Below, one piece after another: positions 38,561 through 47,091 of a stretch of DNA of 64,000 nt. The DNA comes from a virus (lineage: Duplodnaviria; Caudoviricetes). How positions within the stretch are numbered: position 1 is the stretch's first letter; each line of letters starts with the position of its first letter. The stretch spans positions 27,292-91,291 of IMG/VR virus record IMGVR_UViG_2690315872_000001, one strand, 5' to 3'. Position numbers and translations under genes: made by a program. The notes below the pieces were generated by a model. It searched no databases and was not told the origin of the DNA. It was given only the letters and a program-made list of their open reading frames with translations.

Positions 38561-39118
38561 TCAGCTCCAGTCGCCGAACAGGCTCGGCATGCGGGTGGGG
38601 GTCAGTGCGGGCGGCGCGGTCAGGTCGGGCGGGGGAGAGGCGCGCGCCTGCGGCGGCGGGGGGTCGGGCGTCAGGGCCGGGATGGGTGGCGGTGCGTCCA
38701 GCGGGCACCACCCGCCGGGCCGCGCGAGGCCTTCACCGCCGGGCGCGCGGACGTGCGCGGCGCGGGTACCGTCGGGCCACGTCAGGACGCCGGTGACGGT
38801 CGCGCGGGGGAACACGTCGGTGCGGACCTCCTGCCCAGGCTCGGGGAGGTCGGTGGGGTCCGGGGCGGCAACCTGGTCAGGTTCGACAGGATTAGCGCGC
38901 GCGGCCTCTGCTGCGGCCGGGGCGCTGCCCTTCACGCGGGGCACGTACCCCAGCGTCCGCAGGCGCGAGTACTCGTCCATGCTCAGGTCCTCGACCGTGC
39001 AGGCCTGCGCGGCCATGGTCACCTTGAAGCGGTCCCCGAACCCGGCAGGGTGATCGCAGGTCACGGCATGCAGGAAGCCGCGGGCGTTTCGGGCAATGAG
39101 GACCCGCATCAGCGCCAC
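38561..39118 (-). CDS. Hypothetical Pro-rich protein
   Basis: ORF in the operon; exact start uncertain. Confidence 0.5.
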   Translation of the reverse strand: MALMRVLIARNARGFLHAVTCDHPAGFGDRFKVTMAAQACTVEDLSMDEYSRLRTLGYVPRVKGSAPAAAEAARANPVEPDQVAAPDPTDLPEPGQEVRTDVFPRATVTGVLTWPDGTRAAHVRAPGGEGLARPGGWCPLDAPPPIPALTPDPPPPQARASPPPDLTAPPALTPTRMPSLFGDWS

Positions 39119-39600
39119 TCCTCGCCGTGCTGCCAGTGGCTGCCGTCGCTGTTCTTCCGGGCGAGCTTCAGGAGCTTGCGGGTCATATCGAGGCGTTCCA
39201 GGGGGATGCCCAGCCGCTCAGCGGTCGGGCGGTCCACGAGTTCCTGCTGCATGAACGCCAGGAGGAGGCCTTGCTGGAACGCGGCGACCTCCACGATCAG
39301 GCGGCAGGCCTGCGCGTACTTCTGGAGGTGCGCCAGGTCCGCCGGGCTGGTCAGGGCGCCCACCCGGGCGATGACGCCCTCGATGTCCAGCGCTAGGTCC
39401 AGCAGGTAGTCCGCCTGACCGGGGCTGGGGCAGCGGACGTCCAGCAGGTGCGCGAGGTGTGCCGTGAAGCCCGACTCGGTCAGCAGGTGCTCCTGTCCCT
39501 TCGCGGCCGCCAGTGCCTCGGGCAGCGTGGCGTCTTTCGGAGCGAGGCGCAGCGCGAGGTCGCGCAGTTCCGCGCTGATCGGCGTGACGACGGCCGCCAT
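39109..39600 (-). CDS. Hypothetical protein
   Basis: ATG overlaps the upstream stop. Confidence 0.55.
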   Translation of the reverse strand: MAAVVTPISAELRDLALRLAPKDATLPEALAAAKGQEHLLTESGFTAHLAHLLDVRCPSPGQADYLLDLALDIEGVIARVGALTSPADLAHLQKYAQACRLIVEVAAFQQGLLLAFMQQELVDRPTAERLGIPLERLDMTRKLLKLARKNSDGSHWQHGEEWR

Positions 39601-39872
39601 CAGCCGGCCCGTCCGATGCCCCAGCGGGCGCAGTAGTCGTTCGCGTGATCCCAGCCCGGGTACCACTCGCTCCGCACCTCGCCCTGCACACCACCAGGGC
39701 AGGCGCGGCGCATGTGGTCCATGCGGGCCGCCCAGCCCTGCGCGAACCCCGCCGCGCGCGTCAGGGAGTCCGCGTGCGCGACGACCTGGCGGTTCAGGAC
39801 CACCGCGACACGCGTGGGCCGGGAGGGCGTGGTGGCCGCCTGGAACAGCAGGGAGGACGGCTCGGTCGTCAC
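39600..39872 (-). CDS. Hypothetical protein
   Basis: Coupled GTG start. Confidence 0.5.
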   Translation of the reverse strand: MTTEPSSLLFQAATTPSRPTRVAVVLNRQVVAHADSLTRAAGFAQGWAARMDHMRRACPGGVQGEVRSEWYPGWDHANDYCARWGIGRAG

Positions 39873-41932
39873 TGCGTCCCTCGGTCCTGCTGGACGGCGG
39901 GGAACTGCACGATGCGGGGCACGAATCCTTCGCGGTGCAGGGCGTCCGCGTGCTCCAGGATGCGGGCGCGCATTTCCTTCAGGGTGCTGCAATCCTCGAC
40001 GAGCGCGCGGCCCAGTCCGGCCTCCTCGGCCAGGGCGATCAGTTCATGCCGGGGGTAGCGTTTGAGCCACTCGTCGGTGAGTTTGAAGTCGCGCGCCAGC
40101 GCGGTGTTCGCGCCAGTCTGCGCGGCGAGAATGCTGTACAGCGGCGCGGCGGGATGTTCGGCCATGCTGTAGTGCACCCAGTCGTACGTGACGGCGGCCG
40201 TGAGGGTGTTCAGAGCGTCGAGCAGTTCGGTCTGCGTCCAGGTGGCGAGGCGTTCGAACAGCTTCACGCTGTCCGCTTCCACGCCGCCGCGCAGGTGGCC
40301 GACGCGGACCGTGGAGGCTGCGTCGACGCCGCGGTTCGGGATGCCCTGGACGCGTGCCTGGAGTTGATCGAGCCGCTCGGCGAGCAGGGTGGGGATCAGG
40401 GCGGGTTCTGCGACAGGCACTTCGGTCGAAAGGCGGACCCCGGTGCGGCCCTCGCTGCCGTTGGCGCTGCCGCCCATGATCAGCCCGTGCACCGCGAGGA
40501 TCAGACCCAGGTGCGGGTGGCCCAGCAGGCTCTCGCGCAGGGCGCGGGCGCGGTAGTGGTGCGCCTCCAGGAATGCCGATTCCGGCATGGCGCGGACCGG
40601 GGCGTCCGGCGCGGCCTGACCGGTGGCGACGGCAGCGGCCTTCGCGCTGGCCTTCAGGCGGTATTTCTCGCTGGTCTCGACCTTGCCGGAGGAGGTGTTC
40701 ACGAAGTAGATCAGGCCAGTCGGGGCGGTGTACGAGTACTCGTACTTCTTGTTGCTATCAAGGGAGCCCCACAGGCTCGTGCCAGTCTCGACCGCGACGA
40801 ACTGGTGCTTGCCTTTCGCGCGGGCCTTCTCCGCCTGGGCGTTCGCCCATTCCAGCTGCTTCTGCAGGGCGCCGTTCTTGTCCTCGAAGTACGGGGGGAA
40901 CGCGTCGAACAGGTCCCGGCGAACCGCGAGGCCACTCTTCTCCACGTTGAAGCGGGCGTGTTCGACCAGGAACTGCCCGTCGGTGAGTAACTCGCCGAGT
41001 TTCTTCGCGGAGTGCCCACGCTGCGCCCAGTTCAGGAGTTCCTGCTGCAGCTGGGCGCCGGTCGCGCGGGCGATGACCATGGCGGACGCGAGGCTGACCT
41101 GTCCGTTGTCCAGCGCTTCACGGGTGGCGGTCAGGAGGTTCTTCGCGACGAGGATACGGTCCGCGACGGGTTGCGCGGTCTTGAAGCCGAACATGGCCTG
41201 GATCTCCTCGATGCTGCGTCCGGCGGCGTTCAGGCGCTGCATGGCCTCGCATTCCTCCAGGGCGGTCATGGAGCGGCGGCGCATGTTCTCCGTGGCGCTG
41301 ATGCTGAGCGCCTCGGCGTCCGTCAGGTCGCGGATGTTCACGAGCAGCGTCAGCGCCGTCTCGCCGTTCTCCTGGCGGAGCAGCTGCGCGCGGCGGCGGG
41401 ATTCACCGGCGACGATCTCGACCTGCCCGTCGGCGTTCCAGCGGCCCGTGGCGTTCTCGATCTGCCCCTCGGCCTTCAGGCTGGCGGCGAGTTCCTCGAT
41501 GGCGGCCGGATCGTAGTGACTGCGGACGTTGCAGCCGCTGCGCGCGGTCTGGCCCAGGGGCACGGCATGGAGGCCCAGGGTGCCAGGCGTGAGGTCGGCG
41601 GAGGAGAGGAGTGCCGGGGTGCCGGGCGGGACCGCCGGGGCGGGGGTGCCGTCCTGGTCGGCGACGGGGTTCTCCCTGGCGGCTTTGCGGGTCTGCTTGA
41701 CCTTGATCTGGGCGGGAAGTTCGGTGGTCACGGGGTCCTCCTGGGTGACGGGGCGGTCGGGGCGAACCAGGGTGCAGTCCTCGGCGGGCACGTTGTGTTC
41801 CACGCCGTCCACGTCGAGATCGACGATCAGGACACTGCGGTCGATGATGCTAGGGCGGACGCGGAGGACCGTGCCGGTCACGGGGCCGCTCAGGCTCATG
41901 CCGGTGACGGTCTGGCCGGAGCGGAAGGTCAC
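39869..41932 (-). CDS. Large ParB/Srx-domain protein (second ParB-like)
   Basis: NVR..YDPAAIEELAASL, IVAGESRRRA and ENMRRRSMT..EE motifs, an HTH, and a long C-terminal extension. Confidence 0.85.
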   Translation of the reverse strand: MTFRSGQTVTGMSLSGPVTGTVLRVRPSIIDRSVLIVDLDVDGVEHNVPAEDCTLVRPDRPVTQEDPVTTELPAQIKVKQTRKAARENPVADQDGTPAPAVPPGTPALLSSADLTPGTLGLHAVPLGQTARSGCNVRSHYDPAAIEELAASLKAEGQIENATGRWNADGQVEIVAGESRRRAQLLRQENGETALTLLVNIRDLTDAEALSISATENMRRRSMTALEECEAMQRLNAAGRSIEEIQAMFGFKTAQPVADRILVAKNLLTATREALDNGQVSLASAMVIARATGAQLQQELLNWAQRGHSAKKLGELLTDGQFLVEHARFNVEKSGLAVRRDLFDAFPPYFEDKNGALQKQLEWANAQAEKARAKGKHQFVAVETGTSLWGSLDSNKKYEYSYTAPTGLIYFVNTSSGKVETSEKYRLKASAKAAAVATGQAAPDAPVRAMPESAFLEAHHYRARALRESLLGHPHLGLILAVHGLIMGGSANGSEGRTGVRLSTEVPVAEPALIPTLLAERLDQLQARVQGIPNRGVDAASTVRVGHLRGGVEADSVKLFERLATWTQTELLDALNTLTAAVTYDWVHYSMAEHPAAPLYSILAAQTGANTALARDFKLTDEWLKRYPRHELIALAEEAGLGRALVEDCSTLKEMRARILEHADALHREGFVPRIVQFPAVQQDRGTQ

Positions 41933-42720
41933 GCGGCCCCCACGAACAGCTCGCGGAACGTGCGCAGGAACCGCTCCTGACGCATGACCTCGGCGACGTG
42001 CGCGCGGCGTTCCTCGGCGGTCGGCCAGGGGCGCGCCTGGTGCCAGTGGACGTTCTGCCACGCCCAGTGCACGGTCATGCGCAGCGTGTCGCCGCAGACG
42101 ACGGTGGCCGGGACGCCCCACAGGGTCAGGTTGATGTAGCTGGCGTAGCAGCTCGTCTGACTGAGGTCCTGCACGGTCCAGCGCGTGTGCAGGGGGCTGA
42201 CGCCGTGGGTCGTGAGGTGCTCGGCGAATGCCAGGACCATCCCGCACGTGCCGCACGCGGGTTCGTTCGCGGTGAGGATCTGCCCGGGCGTGAACATCGC
42301 GCGGGGTTCACTGGCGGTGAGAAGGTCTACCATGACGCGGTTCAGGCAGAACGGCGTGAAGAACTCCCCCCGGTCCTGCTTGTCGAGCTTGTGCCCGATC
42401 TCCATGTATAGCGGGCCCAGCAGATCCAGGAACGGACGGTGCTCCATGTCCACGACCAGTTGCCGGAATGCGCGGACGATCACGTCCAGGTCGTGCGGGC
42501 TCAGGCCCTTGATGGTGTCGAGGTACAGGCCCTCGGCGCGCCCGGCGGTCAGGGCGCAGGCACCGGCGGTCACCATGCGGCGGTACGCCTCGCTCACGCG
42601 GATCTGCTGCACCTCCTGGAGGACCTGCGCGAACGGCAGGCGCAGTGGGTCGCCCACGAGGCCAGTCGCGGCCTGCTGCGCGCCCCGGTCTCGGTCCATC
42701 GCGGCCTTCAGGCGGCTCAC
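41929..42720 (-). CDS. Short N6-adenine DNA methylase-like protein
   Basis: DLLGPLYM, GEFFTP, NEPACGTCGM and GDTL motifs; no NPP(Y/F) motif visible. Confidence 0.75.
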   Translation of the reverse strand: MSRLKAAMDRDRGAQQAATGLVGDPLRLPFAQVLQEVQQIRVSEAYRRMVTAGACALTAGRAEGLYLDTIKGLSPHDLDVIVRAFRQLVVDMEHRPFLDLLGPLYMEIGHKLDKQDRGEFFTPFCLNRVMVDLLTASEPRAMFTPGQILTANEPACGTCGMVLAFAEHLTTHGVSPLHTRWTVQDLSQTSCYASYINLTLWGVPATVVCGDTLRMTVHWAWQNVHWHQARPWPTAEERRAHVAEVMRQERFLRTFRELFVGAA

Positions 42721-43163
42721 AGTGTGCCGTCCTGTCCGGAGCGGCAGGGGGCAAGGATCGGATCGGAGGGGCTGACACCATTGGCGACGGCCATCGCCCG
42801 GTAGCTAGCGTGCAGTTCGTGGCCGCCGTCGCTGACGCTTGTCAGGTCATACCGTCCGGAGAGGGTGCCGAGCCGCACGGCGAGGTTATGATCTGCGCCG
42901 CGCAGGAGGAACCCGGCGCAGGTGCGAGGAGTTTCCATGCCCGCTTCGTGGCAACTGAAGACGCGGTCTGACATGTCGTAGCTCGTGCTGGCGGAGTGAC
43001 GGAACGCCTCGGCGGGGAACTCTCCCGTGGCGTCGACGCGCCAGGGGCAGCGGGGGCATGGGCGCTGCATGTGTGGCCGGGTGGCGCCGCCAACCACGGT
43101 GACAACCTGATGGTTGTCTCCGGCGGGCCGGACTGCCGTCACCTGACCTTTCGCGCTGCTCAT
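42717..43163 (-). CDS. Cys-rich protein (DUF6283-like)
   Basis: PCPRCPWRVD, FSCHE and CAGFL motifs. Confidence 0.7.
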   Translation of the reverse strand: MSSAKGQVTAVRPAGDNHQVVTVVGGATRPHMQRPCPRCPWRVDATGEFPAEAFRHSASTSYDMSDRVFSCHEAGMETPRTCAGFLLRGADHNLAVRLGTLSGRYDLTSVSDGGHELHASYRAMAVANGVSPSDPILAPCRSGQDGTL

Positions 43164-43546
43164 GCGGCCGCCTCGATGCTCGGGGCGGGCTGGGGGTGGT
43201 TGAGCATGAACGCCTCGTGGTCCCGGAAGGTGCTGTCGACGAGTTCGCTCAGGGCGATCAGGTGGCGTCCAGGGCGCGTGAGCCACTGGCCGCGCAGGTA
43301 CAGTTGCGCGCGGGCGCTGGGGGCGTAGGCGTGCGTGGTGCCGCGTCCGGTGCTCACGTGGCGCTGCAGCGCGGTGGGCGGCACGTGCCGGACCAGCCCG
43401 GCGAGGCGTGCCTGGTACAGCGTGACGCTCGCGAGGTTCACGTCCACGCCCAGCGCCACGGCGACCTGCTGGGCGCTCAGGGCGCTGAACGTCCCGAGGA
43501 CCGCCAGGATGCGGGCGCGGGTGGGACTGACAGCCCAGCGGTTCAC
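43160..43546 (-). CDS. Winged-helix protein
   Basis: RARILAVL....ALSAQQVAVALGVDVNLASVTL.....AGLV. Confidence 0.6.
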   Translation of the reverse strand: MNRWAVSPTRARILAVLGTFSALSAQQVAVALGVDVNLASVTLYQARLAGLVRHVPPTALQRHVSTGRGTTHAYAPSARAQLYLRGQWLTRPGRHLIALSELVDSTFRDHEAFMLNHPQPAPSIEAAA

Positions 43547-43803
43547 GCGCGCCGCCCGGGGGCCGTGACGTACAGGGCGTACGCGACGGCCAGCAGCAGC
43601 ATGCCGGTCAGGGTGCAGGGGACCAGGGGGCGCAGCGCCGCCCACGTGAGCGCGGTGGTGTCGAGCGTGTCGCACACGGCGTACAGCAGGACGGCACCGA
43701 GCACGCCGAGGGTGATGATGACGTTGCTGCGGCTGGGGATGGGCAGCACGACGCGGCGGGCGGGGACGGTGAGGGTGATCGTCTGGGTGCGGCGGGTGGT
43801 CAT
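43543..43803 (-). CDS. Small membrane protein
   Basis: GGAGG RBS; two hydrophobic segments. Confidence 0.55.
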   Translation of the reverse strand: MTTRRTQTITLTVPARRVVLPIPSRSNVIITLGVLGAVLLYAVCDTLDTTALTWAALRPLVPCTLTGMLLLAVAYALYVTAPGRRA

Positions 43804-44108
43804 CGCAGGTCCTCCAGCATCTGGCGGTCGAGGGTCCACGGCAGGGCGGGCAGCTCCTCGATGTGGGGGGCGGGGGCGGATTCGATCAGTTCCAGGCGCT
43901 CTGCGCGGGCGCTGAGCAGGCCGTACAGGAGAGCCTCTTTGGCTTTCTCGGTGTGGTCGCTGCCCTGGTGCGCGAAGGCGTTGACCTCGTCGGTGGCGTG
44001 GTCGAGCAGGGTGCGCTGGGGTTCGGCAGGGGTAGCTGTGGCGCGGGCGCGGCGGAACAGGTGCAGAAAGGTCGGCAGGCGCATGGGAGCGGTGAGGCGC
44101 AGGGTCAC
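43800..44108 (-). CDS. Hypothetical protein
   Basis: GGAGG RBS; coupled. Confidence 0.55.
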   Translation of the reverse strand: MTLRLTAPMRLPTFLHLFRRARATATPAEPQRTLLDHATDEVNAFAHQGSDHTEKAKEALLYGLLSARAERLELIESAPAPHIEELPALPWTLDRQMLEDLR

Positions 44109-44305
44109 GCGGCCTCCTGCGTGGTGGTGACGGCGAGGAGCATGCGGGCGAGGCGCAGGGCGCGCAGATCGCGGTGAGCGCGCTGGGGCGTGCAGGGCAG
44201 CTCGTCGAAGATCGCGGCGTAGGCGACCTCGAAGCGGGCGCGGAGTTCCTCGGCGTACGTCAGGGCGGGCAGGTCAGTGTCGGGGTGGCCGGGGTACGCG
44301 ATCAC
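44105..44305 (-). CDS. Hypothetical protein
   Basis: Coupled small ORF. Confidence 0.5.
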   Translation of the reverse strand: MIAYPGHPDTDLPALTYAEELRARFEVAYAAIFDELPCTPQRAHRDLRALRLARMLLAVTTTQEAA

Positions 44306-44697
44306 GCGACACCTTCAACGAGCAGGGTGTCGTGGCGGGCGGCGGCGGTCGCGGCGACCAGGGCGTCCTGGGCTTCTTCGCGGCTGCGGACGTTCATGCC
44401 GATGAACGCGCAGTTGAAGTGCACGGCGTGGCGGCCGCGTGCGCGGCGGTTCTTCTCGATGACGCGGTAGCTGACGCGGTGGCCGGTGTCGCGGCAGATG
44501 ATGGTGACGCTGTAGATCCGGGTGGGGCTCATGTTGTCGAACTCGACCTGGAACCAGTCGACGCTGTAGTCGTGCCCGGCGTTGGTGATCACGGCGTCGG
44601 GCTTGACGAGGTTGTAGGGGACGCCGTGGATCTTGGCGCGGTCGTGCTCCTGGGCCATCTGTACGCGGAACTTGACGGGCGTGGGCTGCTGCGTCAT
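44302..44697 (-). CDS. First gene of the leftward early operon, hypothetical
   Basis: GAGG RBS; downstream of an operator-overlapped TACACT -10. Confidence 0.65.
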   Translation of the reverse strand: MTQQPTPVKFRVQMAQEHDRAKIHGVPYNLVKPDAVITNAGHDYSVDWFQVEFDNMSPTRIYSVTIICRDTGHRVSYRVIEKNRRARGRHAVHFNCAFIGMNVRSREEAQDALVAATAAARHDTLLVEGVA

Positions 44698-44768
44698 TCT
44701 GAACCTCGTACCCCCACCGTTTGGATTTTGCTTGCAGGCGATCCGGTGGGGGTTTTTCGTCTCTTCTG

Positions 44769-44793
44769 AAAGTGTATATCAAGTGGACATTTT
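44769..44793. promoter_or_regulatory. Operator OL overlapping the leftward promoter
   Basis: AAAGTGTATA-N5-TGGACATTTT matches the two other copies; contains a minus-strand TACACT -10. Confidence 0.75.
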
Positions 44794-44880
44794 TGACAAC
44801 ATTCGTCTATGATGGCGATGGCTCAAATTTCGCACCGCGCAGGGCATTCAACTGCTAGCGTAAAGATTCAAAGGAGAACG

Positions 44881-46203
44881 ATGACCCTCGACACCCCGCA
44901 GGAGATCGACAAGGCCCTTCGAAGCCGTGCGCTGGACATGCTGGACACGATTGATCGACCCAATGGACACATTCTTCGTGCGCGCGTCGCGCTGTTCTTC
45001 CAGCGCCGCGCCGCCATGGTGGAATCCCTCCATGAACTGGAAGACCACACGGACATCCAGTCGCGCGGCCTGAGCATCCTGCTCTGCGCGCAGCTGGGCC
45101 TGCATGAAGATGCGTTGAGCCTGCCCTTCGCGGATACGGAGGTGGACGCGGCCGAACTCAATGACCAGGACGGCGCCTACTGGGCGCACCTGGGCCGCAC
45201 GGCCGCTCTCGTCGCCCAGGATCAGCCGCTGCTGGCGCTCGAGGAACTGGGTATGGCACGGGTGTACGCCATCCGCATCGGCATCCAGGAACACATCGAG
45301 TACGTCATGGGCGAGCGGCAGCGGATCGCGGGGAACGCCGGGTTCGGTTGCGCCGAGCAGTCCGCCAGGGTGCTGCGGCAGATGCGGCCCGGCACGGGGA
45401 TTCACCGCTGGCATGAGCAGACGTACCTGACCGATCGGCTGGCCGAGGGGAGTTACGCGGTGGTGGCCCACCGGGACTTCGGTGGGCGGCCAGCTCACGC
45501 ACTTGCCCGCGCCCTGCTGGGTAACGGCGCCTCTACCGATTCGGGGGAGCACCCCCTCCACCGGGCCGCCGAGATGTTCCGCGCTGTCCGCGACGGCCGC
45601 GCCCCGGGCGTCCCCATGTCAGGGACTGGCATGGTCAATACGTATACCCGGATCGCTGCTGGCCTGCACCTTGCCGGGCACGCCCGGACGTCCCGCCAGG
45701 CGGTCGCCGTGCTCGGTGAGCAGGTGCCGCGCCGCGCCGATCAGCGGGTGCTGTGGGCGGTCGCGCACCTGCAGGCGTTCGTCTACGGCGCCGAGGTGGA
45801 CAGCCCTCTGGTGCTGCCCAGCGAGATTTCCAGCGCGCTTGACCGACTGAAGGAAACGGCTGGTGTGCTCGACTACCTGTCCGCGTCGGCGCCGGAGGCG
45901 CTGCTGCTGATGGCGGTCGCGCCGAATGCTCACCCGGCGGTCGTGCTGACGACAGCGGGCCTTTCACTGGACGGTGACCCGTCCGTGCTGGGTGAGATCA
46001 GGGGGCGTGTGGCGAGTGCCGCGGCGGTGCAGAGCGGTATCAACCGCATGGTGATTGCAGCTGCGGATGCGCAGCGGCGCGGCCTTGAGCGTCAGTGGGC
46101 TCAGGCGCATGCCACCCTGCAGTTCATGCTGCCGGACGCCGGAAATGTAAGCCAGAGTGTCCATTGTGGAGACGTGGCAGGAGGTGCGACAGTGAAGGCG
46201 TGA
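44881..46203 (+). CDS. All-helical TPR-like protein, candidate peptide receptor (RRNPP/AimR/Rap-like)
   Basis: AAGGAG RBS; 440 aa, Ala/Leu-rich helical; TPR-like segment AYWAHLGRTAALVAQDQPLLALEELGMARVYA; coupled to a secreted-peptide gene. Confidence 0.6.
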   Translation: MTLDTPQEIDKALRSRALDMLDTIDRPNGHILRARVALFFQRRAAMVESLHELEDHTDIQSRGLSILLCAQLGLHEDALSLPFADTEVDAAELNDQDGAYWAHLGRTAALVAQDQPLLALEELGMARVYAIRIGIQEHIEYVMGERQRIAGNAGFGCAEQSARVLRQMRPGTGIHRWHEQTYLTDRLAEGSYAVVAHRDFGGRPAHALARALLGNGASTDSGEHPLHRAAEMFRAVRDGRAPGVPMSGTGMVNTYTRIAAGLHLAGHARTSRQAVAVLGEQVPRRADQRVLWAVAHLQAFVYGAEVDSPLVLPSEISSALDRLKETAGVLDYLSASAPEALLLMAVAPNAHPAVVLTTAGLSLDGDPSVLGEIRGRVASAAAVQSGINRMVIAAADAQRRGLERQWAQAHATLQFMLPDAGNVSQSVHCGDVAGGATVKA

Positions 46204-46364
46204 AAACCTTCATCACCGGTCTGCTGGCTCTCGTTCTCTCGGCTGCTCCCGCGTTCGCGGCGGGGCAGCCGTCTTCATCTGATCAGTCCGTTCAGCTGAT
46301 CAAGGTCACGCCGAAAAGCAGTGGCCCCGCTCTGCTGAACGACGACACCTGCCTCGGCTGCTGA
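46200..46364 (+). CDS. 54-aa secreted propeptide, candidate signalling peptide
   Basis: GTG overlaps the upstream TGA. Sec signal MKTFITGLLALVLSAAPAFA|A, polar linker, C-terminal LLNDDTCLGC. Confidence 0.75.
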   Translation: MKTFITGLLALVLSAAPAFAAGQPSSSDQSVQLIKVTPKSSGPALLNDDTCLGC

Positions 46365-46368
46365 CCGT

Positions 46369-46938
46369 TCAGTCCGGCTGCTTGTACAGCGTCGCCATCA
46401 ACTGACCCAGGATTCGCCCCCGACCTTTCGCCAGGTCTGCGGGAAGAGCGAACAGTTCGCCGTCCTCTGTTTCCATGACGACGAGGCCTGAGAGTTTCTT
46501 GTTTGGGTTGACTCGAATCGAATGACCGGTGCCGGCGGTCGTGGCACCCTGGAGTGGGACTTTCAGTTCCCATTCCAGGACGTTTTTTAGCTCTGTGCCG
46601 TGCCCGAGATCAGCGCGAAAGGTCCGGAAGGTACTCCGGTGTTCTTCCGGGATGTTGAAGTACTCCCAGGCTTCCGTGTCGGATAGGCCCATGGTGCTGA
46701 GGAGGCGCTGTGCGGTGTTCTGTCTCATGGCGGCCAGATCGAGTTCGCCTGAGATGTATGCGGAGAGGGTTGACCGGGCAATGGCGCTGTCGCGGGCGAA
46801 GTCGGTGAGGAAGTAGTCGTTGCTGTCGAGCCAGTGCTGGAAGGCCTGCCCTCGGTCCGCAGGAGACTGTACCTGTGCAGGCATGGGGGTGACTTTCCGT
46901 CGCCTGTACTTGGTTTTGCTCGTTTCCCGTTCGACCAT
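46369..46938 (-). CDS. Phage CI-like repressor (XRE HTH)
   Basis: AGGAGG RBS; HTH LTDFARDSAIARSTLSAYISG; divergent from a cro-like gene. Confidence 0.75.
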   Translation of the reverse strand: MVERETSKTKYRRRKVTPMPAQVQSPADRGQAFQHWLDSNDYFLTDFARDSAIARSTLSAYISGELDLAAMRQNTAQRLLSTMGLSDTEAWEYFNIPEEHRSTFRTFRADLGHGTELKNVLEWELKVPLQGATTAGTGHSIRVNPNKKLSGLVVMETEDGELFALPADLAKGRGRILGQLMATLYKQPD

Positions 46939-46954
46939 GCTGGTTGCCCCTCCT

Positions 46955-46979
46955 AATGTGTCCAACTATAGGACACTTT
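46955..46979. promoter_or_regulatory. Operator adjacent to the repressor RBS
   Basis: AATGTGTCCA-N5-AGGACACTTT. Confidence 0.75.
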
Positions 46980-47062
46980 ACATCACAATTTTATTCCTGC
47001 GCGTCGAAACGTCCGGTTCATGAAGCCGATGCGGTTCTGAACGAAATTTCACCTGCTAGGCA

Positions 47063-47087
47063 AAAGTGTCCATCAGATGTACACTTT
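47063..47087. promoter_or_regulatory. Operator OR overlapping the cro promoter
   Basis: AAAGTGTCCA-N5-TGTACACTTT; contains a TACACT -10 located 6 nt before the cro ATG. Confidence 0.78.
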
Positions 47088-47091
47088 ATCC

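Noticed and set aside
46980-47060. Deinococcus RDRM (DdrO) box in the immunity region
   Set aside because: No convincing 17-bp match found by eye.
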